Assembly: GCA_963803435.1 (NCBI GenBank) | Contig: CAWDML010000001.1 | Coordinates: forward strand, 2,112,001 to 2,176,000 | Source of the DNA: an uncultured delta proteobacterium | GTDB lineage: Bacteria; Myxococcota; Kuafuiibacteriia; Kuafuiibacteriales; Kuafuiibacteriaceae | Reading direction: 5' to 3' | Length of the DNA stretch: 64,000 bases | Part shown: positions 1 through 10,742 of the stretch, in pieces | Position numbering within the stretch: position 1 is the stretch's first letter | How the letters are laid out: every line of letters begins with the position of its first letter | Notes under the pieces: generated by a model | Told to the model about the DNA's origin: nothing | The model's database searches: none | Seen by the model: the letters and a program-made list of their open reading frames with translations, nothing else | Translations under genes and position numbers: made by a program

Positions 1-1060
1 GCAGGTTACCGGCGAGCTCGAGCGCGCCGGCGGCGCCCATGGTGTGGCCGATGAAGCTCTTGGTGTTGTTGACGAAGACATCGGGCTGACCGCCGAAGAC
101 CTCGTGGATCGCCTTGCACTCCTGGACGTCCCCCAGGGGCGTGGAGGTGGCGTGGGTGCTGACGATGTCGATGTCGGCCGGCGCCATTCCGGCCATCGCG
201 AGACCCGCGCGCATGCATTGGGCCTGGCGTCCCGGCTCGGGGAGCACGAAGTCGGTGGCGTCGGAGTTGATGGCGTGGCCGGCGACCTCGCCGATGATCG
301 GCGCGCCCCGGGCCAGGGCATCGTCGAGGCGCTCGAGCGCGAACAGGCAGCCCCCCTCGCTGACCACGATCCCGTTGCGGGCGCGGTCGAAGGGCCGGCT
401 GGCGCGGGTCGGGTCGTCGTGGTGGGCCAGCGCGCCCTCGGCCTTGAAGCTGGCGAAGATGCCGAAGGTGTGGATCGACTCGGACACTCCGCCGGCCAGG
501 GCCAGGTCGACCATGCCGAGCTGGAGCATCTGGGCGCCCTGGATCAGGCCCACGTTGCCGGCGGCGCAGGCGGCGCCCAGGCAGTAGTGCGGGCCGGTGA
601 TGCCGAGGTTGATGGTCACCTCACCCGCCGGGTTGTTGGCGACGGTGCGGGGATTGTGGTGGTGGGACCAGAACTTGAGATCGTCGCCGTACTCGCGGAG
701 CTGGGCGATCTCGTGCTCGGTCTCCACGTTGCCGTGCTCGGTGGTGCCCACGTAGACACCGACCCGGGCCTTGTCGAACGACGCCCAGTCGAGCTTCGAG
801 CGCGCGATCGCCTCGCCGGCGCAGTAGACCGCCATGGAGCCGGCCCGGGTGCCCCGCCGTCGGGCCTTTCGCGATTGGTGCTTCTGCTCGTCGTAGTCGC
901 AGACACCCGCGATCACGGCGCCCATGTGGCGCGTCTCGTAGGGGACGATCCCGGAGACGCCCGCCAGGAGGTGCCGGCGGAAGGTCTCGAGGTCGTTGCC
1001 GTTCGGCGCCGAGAGACCAACGCCGGTGATCACCACCCGCGGAAGCTGGTGTGCCAACAT
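1..1060 (-). CDS. fabF: Beta-ketoacyl-ACP synthase II (FabF-like), 3' end runs off the window
   Basis: Manual translation from ATG at 1060: MLAHQLPRVVITGVG..., catalytic Cys motif GAACAAGN, HATST and TKSFIGHTMGAAGALE, all typical of ketosynthases. Absent from the ORF track because no stop lies in the window. Confidence 0.85.
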   Translation of the reverse strand, partial: MLAHQLPRVVITGVGLSAPNGNDLETFRRHLLAGVSGIVPYETRHMGAVIAGVCDYDEQKHQSRKARRRGTRAGSMAVYCAGEAIARSKLDWASFDKARVGVYVGTTEHGNVETEHEIAQLREYGDDLKFWSHHHNPRTVANNPAGEVTINLGITGPHYCLGAACAAGNVGLIQGAQMLQLGMVDLALAGGVSESIHTFGIFASFKAEGALAHHDDPTRASRPFDRARNGIVVSEGGCLFALERLDDALARGAPIIGEVAGHAINSDATDFVLPEPGRQAQCMRAGLAMAGMAPADIDIVSTHATSTPLGDVQECKAIHEVFGGQPDVFVNNTKSFIGHTMGAAGALELAGNL

Positions 1061-1106
1061 GGAACCGTCCGCGTAGCATGCGCGAACGGATTTCTGGGAG
1101 CAAAAG

Positions 1107-1863
1107 TTGACCTCGGGGCAAAGCGAGCAAAATCGCGCATTTGAGCCTGTCGTGTTGCTGCACGGCTTTCTCGGCAGCCGTCGCAATCTCGGCGCGCTGA
1201 TCCGCCGCTGGAAGGCGCGCGACCCGAGCGTGGACCTCGTCGCGCTCGACCTCCCCGGACACGGCGACGCGTCGCCCCTTCCGCCCGGCGGCCTCGGGCC
1301 GATGACCGCCGCGGTGCTGGCCGAGCTCGACGCGCGGGGGCTGAAGACACCGCGGATCGTCGGACACTCCCTAGGCGGGCGGGTGGCGCTGATGACCCGA
1401 CGCCTGCGACCGGCCGCCCGCGCACCGGTGACGTTGCTCGACATCGCTCCCGGACCGATCACCCGAAGATCGCGCGAGCTGGCGGGCGTCCCGGCCGCGC
1501 TCCTTTCGGCCCCCGCCACCTCGCCGACGCGCGAACAGATGCGGGCGCACCTCGGCGCGCTCTCGGATCCGATCGCGGACTGGCTCCTGATGAACCTCGC
1601 GTGGAAGGGCGACCGGTTCGAGTGGCGGATCGATCGCGCGCGCCTGGTCGCGTTCGATCGCGAGGCGGCCCAGGACGATCTACTGGGACACGATCGACGA
1701 GAGCGTCACCTGCATCCGGGGCGGCGCCTCGCCCTACGTCTCGGACGAAGATGTGCGTCGTTTCGAGGCCCTGGGCGCCCTCGTGATCACGATCCCGGCC
1801 GCGGGCCACTTCGTCCATGTGGATGCGACCGAGGCGGTAGTCGATCGCCTCTCGGCCCCGTAG
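1107..1863 (+). CDS. Alpha/beta hydrolase (YbfF-like esterase), apparent frameshift near 1680
   Basis: VVLLHGFLGS and GHSLGG nucleophile motif. After ~1680 another frame reads YWDTIDESVTCIRGGASPYV...AGHFVHVDA and ends at TAG 1861-1863. Confidence 0.8.
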
Positions 1864-1864
1864 A

Positions 1865-2708
1865 ATGGAGCCCGTGCGCGCGCTCCTCCCGGCGGCGGTC
1901 CTGCTCTCCCTCCTGCCGGCGCGCTCCGCTTCCGCGTTCGAGTGCAGCCACAGCAAGACGTTCTGCTTCGTCTCGTTGAGCTGGCCGGTCCGCGAGATCC
2001 CGTTCAACGTCGAGCCGCCCGATTCCGGACTCGCACATCTCCCTCGAAGAGCTGGAAGAGACCGTCGACCTCGCCGCCTCGAAGTGGAACGACGTTCCCT
2101 GCAGCGACGTCCATCTCTTCCGGACCGATACGCCGGTGGACACCAAGGTGGTCATGGTCAGCAAGGAGTGGCCGTTCAAGGACTACGCCGCCGGCCTCAC
2201 CGAGGTGCTCCACAACGTCAATTCCGGCCGCATCAACTTCGCGACGGTCTCCGTGAACGAACCGCTGGTCGGGATCACGGACGAGGGCACGTGCGGCGGC
2301 TTCATCGATCTGGAGGGCGTGCTCACGCACGAGCTGGGACACCTGATCGGGATCGCGCACCCCTGCGAGACGGCCGACACCTATCCGATGGATCCGCTGT
2401 GCCCGCCCATCCGTTGCGAGGAGCTGATGGCGAGCTGGGCGGCCGACGAGCAGCTCCCGACCATGTGGCCCTCCGCTGCCCCGTGCGACCGACAGCTCAC
2501 CTCGCTGGAGGCCGACGACGTGGCCGCGATCTGCACCATCTATCCGAAGTCGGAGCCGAACCGGGCGTGCTTCCCGCTCCCGGTGACGGGACAGCGTGCG
2601 CTGGTGGCGAACAAGAGCTTCGGATGCTCCACCTCAGAGGGCTCGCCGGCGCTCTGGGTGCTGGCGCTCCTCCCCTGGCTCCTCGGGCTCAGGCGTCGCC
2701 CCGCCTGA
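1865..2708 (+). CDS. Secreted matrixin/metzincin-type zinc metalloprotease with MYXO-CTERM tail, apparent frameshift near 2040
   Basis: Signal peptide MEPVRALLPAAVLLSLLPARSASA; HELGHLIGIAH (HExxHxxGxxH); Met-turn PTMWP; C-terminal GCS...LWVLALLPWLLGLRRR sorting signal. Confidence 0.8.
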
Positions 2709-3909
2709 GTCGATCGTCCGCGAGCATCGCCAGCGCCGGCATCAGCGCGCGCGCGGCGTGCGCGCTCCGTATCAGGAGCGGCTTCGACGGCGCGTCGGCG
2801 GTGCGCCGATACAACGCGCGATAGCCCGCCACCATCCGGTCCAGCCCGAACCGCGCCTCCGCCGCGCGGCGTCCCTGGTCGCCCATGCGCGCCCGAAGAT
2901 CTCGATCGGCGGCGAGCCGCGAGAAGGCCCCCGCCAGACCGGTCACGTCTCTCGGCGCCACCAGGAGCGCGCTGTCACCCTCCTCCACCAGCTCGGGCGT
3001 GCCGCCCACCCTCGTGGCCACGACCGGGCGAGCCGCGGCCATCGCCTCCATGATCGCGTTCGAGGCCCCTTCGAACTCGGAGCAGTTCACGTAGACGTCG
3101 ATGGCGGCGAGGAGGTTCTCGGGATCCTCGACGCGACCCGGGAGGCGGATCCGATCGTCGAGCCCCGCGCGCTGCGCCCAGCCGAGGATCGTCTCGGTGC
3201 TGTCGGTGAAGAGGTCTCCGATCAGCACCACGTGCACGCGCGGATCCTCGTCGGCGGCCCTTCCCGCCGCCGCGATCAGGTCCTCGATGCGCTTCACCGG
3301 CCGGAGTACGGTCAGCGCACCGAACACGACCGCGTCCGCAGGCAGGCCCAGCCGCCGGCGGGACGCCTCGCGCATCGTCGGGCGGTCGAAGCGATCCACA
3401 TCGATGCCGGTGCGGATGACCTCGACGCGCTCGCGGGGGACGTTCCACTCGGTCGCCATCTCCTCCGCCAGGAAGTCGCAGACCGTGGTGAAGCGATCGA
3501 CGTACGGCGCCAGCACGCGCATGACCGCACGCTGGCGGACCGACGCGCCCTCCGGCTGCTCTCGACCGCCCACGCCGTAGATCACGCGCTCGACGCCGGC
3601 CAGACGCGCTGCCGCGATCCCGTACAGCGAGGTCGACCAGTTGTGCACGTGGACGATCTCGATCCGGCGCCGCCTCAAGATGCGGGCGATGCGAAGGATC
3701 AGCCCTCGATCGATCCCGTGCCGCCTCGACTTGGGCGTGCTGAAGACCTCGACGCCCTCGCCGGCCCGTCCCACCAGCGCGTCGTTCTTCTCGCCCAGGC
3801 CGATCCAGGTGAGCTCGTGCTCGCTTCGATCGAGCCCGCCGAGCACCCGGGCGATCCGCTGCTCCACGCCGCCGCTCGAGAGGTGCGGCGTGATCTGGGC
3901 GAGGCGCAT
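2689..3909 (-). CDS. Glycosyltransferase family 4 (GT-B)
   Basis: Starts MRLAQITPHLSSGGVE; IVHVHN; EGASNAIMEAMAAARPVVATRVGGTPE motif. The ATG overlaps the stop of the upstream kinase gene. Confidence 0.88.
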   Translation of the reverse strand: MRLAQITPHLSSGGVEQRIARVLGGLDRSEHELTWIGLGEKNDALVGRAGEGVEVFSTPKSRRHGIDRGLILRIARILRRRRIEIVHVHNWSTSLYGIAAARLAGVERVIYGVGGREQPEGASVRQRAVMRVLAPYVDRFTTVCDFLAEEMATEWNVPRERVEVIRTGIDVDRFDRPTMREASRRRLGLPADAVVFGALTVLRPVKRIEDLIAAAGRAADEDPRVHVVLIGDLFTDSTETILGWAQRAGLDDRIRLPGRVEDPENLLAAIDVYVNCSEFEGASNAIMEAMAAARPVVATRVGGTPELVEEGDSALLVAPRDVTGLAGAFSRLAADRDLRARMGDQGRRAAEARFGLDRMVAGYRALYRRTADAPSKPLLIRSAHAARALMPALAMLADDRLRRGDA

Positions 3910-5728
3910 CACTCCGCCCGGTAGTGCACTGCGAAATCGACGTAGACGTCGCCGGTGTCGGCGCTCGGGAGCCGCGCGCTCTTGAAGTGGGTCTCGGCGC
4001 ACTCGGCGGTGCCCGGAGCGCCGCCCTTCGCCTCGAGGGCCATGAAGCGACCGCGGCTGCCGATCCGCCCCTTCACCTTCACCTTGCCCTTCGTCGCCAC
4101 GCCGCGCTCGGCGATCACGTTCCTCAGGCACTCGCGCACGGGGCCGAGCGCGCGAGCGAGCGCGTTCTCCAGCTGCTTGGTGGAGATGCCACCTTGGAGC
4201 TCGACCTCGACGATCGAGGCCTCGAGCGCGAAGTCGGCGCCCAGCTTGGCGGGACCCGGCGGCGGCGGCGGCACGGGCGGCGGGGGCGCCTCGGCGATCA
4301 CCGGCGGCGCCTCCTCGAAGCGGGGCGGCGGCGGGTCCACGGGCGGCGGAGGCGGCGGCATTCCTCGGAGGGCGCGACCTCCGCGACCTCCGAGACCTCG
4401 GCGGGCAGCTGGTCCTCCCCGCGCCGGCGGTGCCGCCCCCGGCGCGCCTTGGGCCGCTCGGGGGGCGGCGCCTCTGCGAGCGTCGCGGTGGTGACCGCGG
4501 CAGGGCTCACCTCGGGCGCGGGTGGCGGCGGGATCTCGGCGCGCGCCGGCGGCCGCCGCACGCGAGCGGTGCGCGGCAGCGGCGGCGTCGGATCGTCTCG
4601 CGGTTGCACCGCGGTCACGACGGGCGCGGAGACCTTCTGCCCGTCGATCACCAGATAGGCGATCAGCCCGCCGACCCCGACCAGCGCCAGCGAGCCGAGC
4701 AGCGCGATCACGATCGGCGCCGACGAGCGCGTCGGCAGGGCCGGCGGCGGCAGGAGCGATCGCGACGAGGGCGCACGGATCAGCGTGTCCTCGATCTGCG
4801 GCTCGCGCAGGACCTGGACGCGGGGCTGCGAGACGATCGCTTCGTCCGCGAGGACGGCCCGCAGATCCTCGAGCATCTCCCGCATCGACGGGTAACGGTC
4901 CTCGCGCTGCTTCTCCATCGCCCGCTCGACGATCGCCGCGATGCGCGGATCGCAGCCCGGGTTCTTCGCGAGCACCGGGACCGGCTGCTCCATGATCTGC
5001 TTCATCAGCATCCCGGTGGCGTTCTCGGCGGTGAACGGCGTCTCCCCGGTGGCGAGCCGATACATGATCACGCCGGCCGAGTAGATGTCGGTGCGGTGGT
5101 CGATCACGTCCCCGCTCGCCTGCTCCGGCGACATGTACGTGGGCGTCCCGAAGATCATGCCCTGCTTCGTCATCGGTCCCGCCGTGGACTCGTTGGGGTT
5201 CGCGTCGAGGATCTTCGCCAGGCCGAAGTCGCAGACCTTGACCCGCTGGCGCCCGTCCTCGTCCGGGTGGCGAACCAGCATGATGTTTCCGGGCTTCATA
5301 TCCCGGTGGACCACGCCCAGGTCGTGCGCGACGGCGAGCGCGGCACACACCTGCCCCATGATCGACGCGATCCGCTTCGTATCGAGCCGCGGCTGCTGCT
5401 CGAGCAGGCTCTGGAGGTCCCTCCCGTCGAGGAACTCCATCGCGATGTAGAGCAGGTGGTCCGCTCCGTCCTCGCCGAAGTCCAGGATGCGCACACTATT
5501 CGGGTGATCGAGGCGGCTCGCCGCGCGCGCTTCGGCCTTGAAGCGGCGCACCAGGTCCACGTCGACCGTGTGTGTGGCGTGGAGCACCTTGATCGCGACG
5601 GGCTTGGCGAGCGCCAGGTGGTGGGCGCGATACACACTGCCGGTCGCCCCCGAACCGAGAAGCTTTTCGATCCGGATCTTGCCAGCGATGACCCGTCCGA
5701 TCAGAGGATCAATTAACTGCGAAGTCAT
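3909..5728 (-). CDS. Membrane Ser/Thr protein kinase with Pro-rich linker and AgmX/TonB-C-like C-terminal domain, apparent frameshift near 4361
   Basis: GSGATG, VAIK, HRDMKPGN, DFG, GTPTYMSPE and a TM segment. The C-terminus continues in another frame (PPPPPP...VRECL...AECAE...VDFAVHYRAE). Confidence 0.82.
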
Positions 5729-5797
5729 CGATCAGACCGCGCTCGGTCGCGAGGCTATTACATCCGCGGCGCCCTGTCGTGCCCGCTCCTGCTCGCG

Positions 5798-7169
5798 GTG
5801 GTGGGCTGCGCCTCCCCAGGAAACGCCCCCGTACCTGTAGGCCTGGAGGCGAAGGGCGACACCGAGCTTCGGTACGACGTCCTCTTCCTTCCGGATCGCG
5901 GGGAGCTGCAGGTGATCGCGCGATTCCTCACCGGCGGCGACCTCCAGATCCAGCGGGCGGGGCGCGGATACGTGACGGATCTGCAAGCGAGGACCGCAGG
6001 GGGTTGGGCGCCGTTCGACGCCGAGACGCCGATCCCGGAAGGCGGCGCCGAGCTCCGTTATCGGTTCCTCCTGGATCAGGCCGTGGTCGATCTGGAGGGC
6101 CGTATGGGGACCGAACGCCTCGGCGACGTCCGCGTGCTCTCTCCTACCTTCTGGCTGCTCCGGCCGGAGACGCCGCGATTCTCGCGGTATCGATTGTCCG
6201 TACGGACGCCGCCCGGGTTCGGGTTCGCCAGCGGCTACGGGGGCAGCGGCATCGGACCGGCCGATACGCTCGACAGCCCGGCGCTGGCCGCCTTCGGGCC
6301 CATCGCGCTCCACAAGATGCACGGGCTCCGCGTGGTCACGGTGCCCGGCCGCTACGTGCTCGCCGATCGCGAGATCCTCCAGTGGGCCGCCACCGCGATC
6401 GACGGCGTGACCGAATACTTCCACGGTCCACCGGCGGCCGACGGCCTGGTGCTCCTCCTGCCGTGCGACGAGTTCGAGGGTCCACACCGCGGCTTTGCGC
6501 TCGGCTGGTCGGGCGGCGCCTCGCTGAAGATCCACCTCGGCCGCAGCACGACCGCCCGCGATCTCGCGCGCGACTGGTCGCTCACCCATGAGCTGATCCA
6601 CCTCGGCTTTCCCAACGTCAAAGGCCACCCGTGGATCGAGGAGGGCCTCGCCACCTACGTCGAGCCCCTGATCCGGACGCGCCGCGGACAGATGCCGGTG
6701 GAGCAGTACTGGTCCGAGATGATCGACGGCCTCCCGCACGCGCTCGACCGCGCGGGTCGGATGGGCTTCGAGCGCCCGCAGCGCTGGGGCGACATCTATT
6801 GGGGCGGGGCCCTCTTCTTCCTCCGCGCCGATCTCCGAGATCAGGAAGCGGACCCAGGGGCAAAAGACGCTCGACGACGCGCTGCTCGGGATCCACCGCA
6901 CCAGCAACATCCGGCGGTCGATGCGGGCCGAGGGCCTCATGCGGCTCGGCGACGAGTCGACCGGCGGCACCGAGCTCGCCGAGCTCTACCGGCAGCTCGC
7001 CGACGATGAGGAGCCGTTCGACCTGCCGCAGCTGCTCCTGGCCCTGGGCGTCTCGCGCAACGACACCGGCGTCCACTTCGACAACGACGCCCCCGACGCC
7101 CCGCTCCGCAAGGCCCTCCTGGCCCCGGCCGAGGAAGCGCAAGCGGCGGCCGCGAAGCCGCCCGACTGA
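5798..7169 (+). CDS. Putative lipoprotein gluzincin (M1/M61-like) metallopeptidase, apparent frameshift near 6836, start uncertain
   Basis: Lipobox-like LLLAVVGC; THELIH...WIEEGLATY zinc motif; YWGGALF. Continues as EIRKRTQGQKTLDDAL... in the 6921..7169 frame. Confidence 0.68.
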
Positions 7170-7374
7170 GATCCGGTTCGACCATTCGCCGCTCGCTGCC
7201 AGTGCTGCGGCGACGGCAGTCGCCGTGAACGCCGATCAAGCTCGAGCCCTTTCGAGGCGCGTTCGACCACCCGAGCTGCAAACGTCCTCTGCGCAGCGAT
7301 CCAGCCGATCGGCCCGGAGTTCGACACCGCCTTCATCGCCAAGACGTACTGCTTGTTCACGGGACCGTGAGGCG

Positions 7375-9474
7375 TCACGAGACCAGGACCGGGACCTTCT
7401 CGTCATCCTTCTCGACGTCCATCGCCATGGCCACGATCTCGGCGACGTCGAGCACCTTCACGCCCTCCTCCTCGGAGTAGTGCTTCACGCCGTCCTCGAT
7501 CATGGTCATGCAGAACGGGCAGGCCACGCCGATGATCTCGGGCTCGACGTCGAGGGCCTGGCGCGTGCGCTCGAGGTTGACGCGCTTGTCCGGATCTTCC
7601 TCTTTCCACATCTGGCCGCCGCCGGCGCCGCAGCAGAACGAGCGCTTACCGTGGGCCTCCATCTCGATCAGGCTCAAGTGGCGGATCGCCGCCAGTGAGC
7701 GGCGCGGGGCCTCCGTCTCGTCGTTCCAGCGGCCGAGGAAGCAAGGGTCGTGGAACGTCACCTTCTTCATCATCTCGGCCGAGAGTGTGATCCGTCCGTT
7801 CGCGATCAGCTCGTCGATGATCTGCGTGTGATGCAGGACGTCGTAGCTCCCTCCGAAGGCCGGGTACTCGTTCTTGAGGGTGTTGAAGCAGTGCGGGCAG
7901 GCGGTGACGATCTTCTTCACGCCCAGATCGTTGAGCGTCTGTACGTTCTCCTGCGCCAGCGAGTCGAAGAGGTACTCGTTTCCGGTCCTCCGGGCCGGAT
8001 CACCGGTGCACTTCTCGGCCGTCCCGAGGATCGCGTAGGTGACGCCGGCGTTGTCGAGGATCTGGGTGAACGCCTTCACGGTCTTCTGGGCGCGGTTGTC
8101 GTAGCTGCCGGCGCATCCGACCCAGAAGAGGTACTCGAAGCGCGCCGCGTCCTCGGAGCCGCCCCAATAGCGGAGGCCGAGACCCTTCGCCCAATCGCCG
8201 CGCTTGTCCGCGCCGATACCCCAGGGGTTGTAGTTGTTCTCGATGTTCTTGAACGTGTTCGCCAGCTCGGGCGCGACGTTCCCCTCCATCAGCGTCAGGT
8301 GGCGGCGCATGTCCATGATCGAGTCGACGTGATCGATCAGCACCGGGCACGCCTCGACGCACGCGCCGCAGCTGGTGCAGGCCCACAGCACCTCGGGTGA
8401 GGTCTGACCGTGCTGCCGGGTCTCCTCGCTGTCCGCGATCAGCGGCAGCGTCGGCTCGAAGTCGTCGGGCGCGCGCGTGAAGTCGAAGATGCCGCGCTCC
8501 GCCAGCAGCCGATCGCCGTTCTCGTACAGGTTGTACTTCATGTCGTGGATGACGGACTGGGGCTTGAGCGGCTTCCCGGTCCGGTTCGCAGGACAGTACA
8601 GATCGCAGCGGCCGCACTCCGTGCAGGCGTAGGTGTCGAGGAGCCCCTTCCACGTGAAGTCGGTGACCTTGCCGACGCCCCAGCGCTCGCTGTTCTCGAA
8701 GTCGAGCCGGGTGAGCGCCGCTTTGTGCTTGGTGCGCTCGTGCAGATAGATGTTCGGGATCGCGCCCAGCAGGTGCAGGTGCTTGCTGTGCGGGATGTAG
8801 TTGAGGAACGCGACCAGGACGGCGAAGTGCGCCCAGAAGAAGATCTCGTACCAGATGCCGCCGGCCCGATTGATCGGCACGTCGGAGAGGAAGCCCGAGA
8901 TCCAGTGGGAGACCGGCGCGTGCTGCGTCATGTCGATGACGTCGTGATGGCCGCCGCGCAGCCCGAACGACATCGCGAGGAAGTACGTGATCATCACGTT
9001 GGCGATCAGGCCGAGGATGCGGAACGCGTCGATCGAGAGCGAGTCGATGTGCTTGGGGCGGACCACGACCCGGCGGAACACCGCCAGCGCCACCGAGACC
9101 AGGACGACGGCGGCCATGATGTCGCCGCCGGCGACGATCGCCCCGTAGACCGTGTCCCCGAGGAACCTCAGCGAGAAGGGCGGGAACATGCCGCGGAGGA
9201 AGAACTCGATGTGGCCGACGGTGATGATCAGGAAGCCCCAGAAGAAGATCGCGTGATTCCAGCCGAAGCGATCGCTGAGGACGCGCTTCTGAAAGAAGGC
9301 CAGATAGATCACCTGCCCGAAGCGATCGACCGCGTCCTTGAACATGTTGGGACGATCGCGACCGAGGCGCGCCAGGCGCACCAGCCTCCAGACGGACCGG
9401 CTGAACGCGCCCATGGCTCCCAAGAACAGAAGCGCGAAGAGGTAGGGCTTCAGCTCGTGATAGAGGAGGATCAT
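7375..9474 (-). CDS. Membrane-bound Fe-S oxidoreductase, FadF/HdrD-like (TM domain, two 4Fe-4S motifs, CCG domains)
   Basis: N-terminal TM helices; CTECGRCDLYCP and CTSCGACVEACP; WVGC, CTG, ACPHC, HDPC, CCGAGGG, ACPFC. Confidence 0.9.
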   Translation of the reverse strand: MILLYHELKPYLFALLFLGAMGAFSRSVWRLVRLARLGRDRPNMFKDAVDRFGQVIYLAFFQKRVLSDRFGWNHAIFFWGFLIITVGHIEFFLRGMFPPFSLRFLGDTVYGAIVAGGDIMAAVVLVSVALAVFRRVVVRPKHIDSLSIDAFRILGLIANVMITYFLAMSFGLRGGHHDVIDMTQHAPVSHWISGFLSDVPINRAGGIWYEIFFWAHFAVLVAFLNYIPHSKHLHLLGAIPNIYLHERTKHKAALTRLDFENSERWGVGKVTDFTWKGLLDTYACTECGRCDLYCPANRTGKPLKPQSVIHDMKYNLYENGDRLLAERGIFDFTRAPDDFEPTLPLIADSEETRQHGQTSPEVLWACTSCGACVEACPVLIDHVDSIMDMRRHLTLMEGNVAPELANTFKNIENNYNPWGIGADKRGDWAKGLGLRYWGGSEDAARFEYLFWVGCAGSYDNRAQKTVKAFTQILDNAGVTYAILGTAEKCTGDPARRTGNEYLFDSLAQENVQTLNDLGVKKIVTACPHCFNTLKNEYPAFGGSYDVLHHTQIIDELIANGRITLSAEMMKKVTFHDPCFLGRWNDETEAPRRSLAAIRHLSLIEMEAHGKRSFCCGAGGGQMWKEEDPDKRVNLERTRQALDVEPEIIGVACPFCMTMIEDGVKHYSEEEGVKVLDVAEIVAMAMDVEKDDEKVPVLVS

Positions 9475-9518
9475 TTCTCGCGCTGCTTAGCGCATGAGCG
9501 TTCCCCTGTCAGCCGTGA

Positions 9519-10700
9519 CTAACCCTCGACGACCGCGTCCAAAGTCCGGAACAGCAGCCGACGGTTCACCTCCCAGCCGTATTCGTTCTCCCACTCGCGG
9601 CCGCCCTTCACCATCGCGGCGCGACGCTGGGGATCCCGCGCGAGGCGGACCATCGCGCCGGCCATGGCGCCGACGTCGCCCACCTCCACCAGCTCGACCT
9701 GACGCGCGTCGAAGAACCTGCGGATGCAGCGCGTGCGAGCGGCGATCGCCGGGATCCCGACGGCGAGATACTCGAGCAGCTTGGTCGGCAGCACCGAGTC
9801 CACGTTCTCGTCGCGGTTCGGGATGATACCGACGTGCGCCTCCCGGATCGCGCGGGCGACCTCGGCGAGCGGGCGGTGGTGGCCGGGGATCTCGATGACG
9901 TCCTGGCCGAGCCCGAGGCCGGCGGCGATCGACTGCACCTCGTCGACGAAGTCACCGCCGCCCAGGATCTGCATCGTCAGGCGCGGCTCGCTCCGCCGCG
10001 CCTCGGCGAACGCGCGCACCGCCAGATCCACGCCGTACCGGTGCAGGACCGTCCCGTGATAGATCACGCGGACCGGCCCGCTCCCTGCGATCGATGGCAC
10101 CTCCGCCAGCGGTGGGAACAGCGTCGGATCGGCAGAGTTCATGACGATCGCGAGCTTCCGTGCGGGGACGCCGGCGGCCAAGAGGAGCTCGTACTGGTTC
10201 TCATGCACGCAGATCACAACGTCGGCGAAGGCGGTGGCCGCGCGCTGGGTGAGCTCCAGCGCGCGGATGGCAACGCTGGTCCTCGCCAGCCCGAACTTGA
10301 GCGCGTAGAGGTCGGGCATCAGATCGTGCATGTCGAGCACGACCCGCGCGCCCGCCATCCGCGGGATCAACGCTGCACCCACCATGAAGTCCGGCATGGT
10401 GTGCACGTGCACCAGATCGAAGCGTGCCTTCGCGTGCGCCGCTGCCAGCCGCGCCGAGACCGCGGCGAGGAAGGCGAGATAGGACCTGAGGTATGCGCCC
10501 GCCTTGCCGCCGCGGTAACGCGGCAGGTCGAGGCGCACCACCCGCACGCCCCGCTCGGTCGCCAACGAAGGCGCGCCCTCCGCCCGGAGGGCGAAGACCG
10601 TCACGTCGTCCCCGCGTCCCGCCAGCGCCTCGGCCTCACGCCGGACCCGCGGGTCCGACTCGTAGTGGGTATACGCCACGGCGCCGATCCGGAGTGGCAC
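9519..10700 (-). CDS. Glycosyltransferase family 4
   Basis: DPRVRREAEAL, VHVHTMPD, DMHDLMP, LPTKLLEY. Start placed at GTG 10700 to avoid overlap with the divergent kinase. Confidence 0.85.
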   Translation of the reverse strand: MPLRIGAVAYTHYESDPRVRREAEALAGRGDDVTVFALRAEGAPSLATERGVRVVRLDLPRYRGGKAGAYLRSYLAFLAAVSARLAAAHAKARFDLVHVHTMPDFMVGAALIPRMAGARVVLDMHDLMPDLYALKFGLARTSVAIRALELTQRAATAFADVVICVHENQYELLLAAGVPARKLAIVMNSADPTLFPPLAEVPSIAGSGPVRVIYHGTVLHRYGVDLAVRAFAEARRSEPRLTMQILGGGDFVDEVQSIAAGLGLGQDVIEIPGHHRPLAEVARAIREAHVGIIPNRDENVDSVLPTKLLEYLAVGIPAIAARTRCIRRFFDARQVELVEVGDVGAMAGAMVRLARDPQRRAAMVKGGREWENEYGWEVNRRLLFRTLDAVVEG

Positions 10701-10742
10701 AGGGCTTCCTAACAGATCCCGGACACTTGGCGGAAGTGACTT

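Noticed and set aside
44-1144. Long + strand ORF and the many similar antisense ORFs (e.g. 62155..63810, 49595..52252, 18886..20901)
   Set aside because: Shadow ORFs caused by high GC3 opposite clearly recognisable genes; they carry no family motifs.
7170-7330. tRNA gene suggested by GGTTCGA
   Set aside because: No cloverleaf, acceptor stem or D-arm could be built around the motif.
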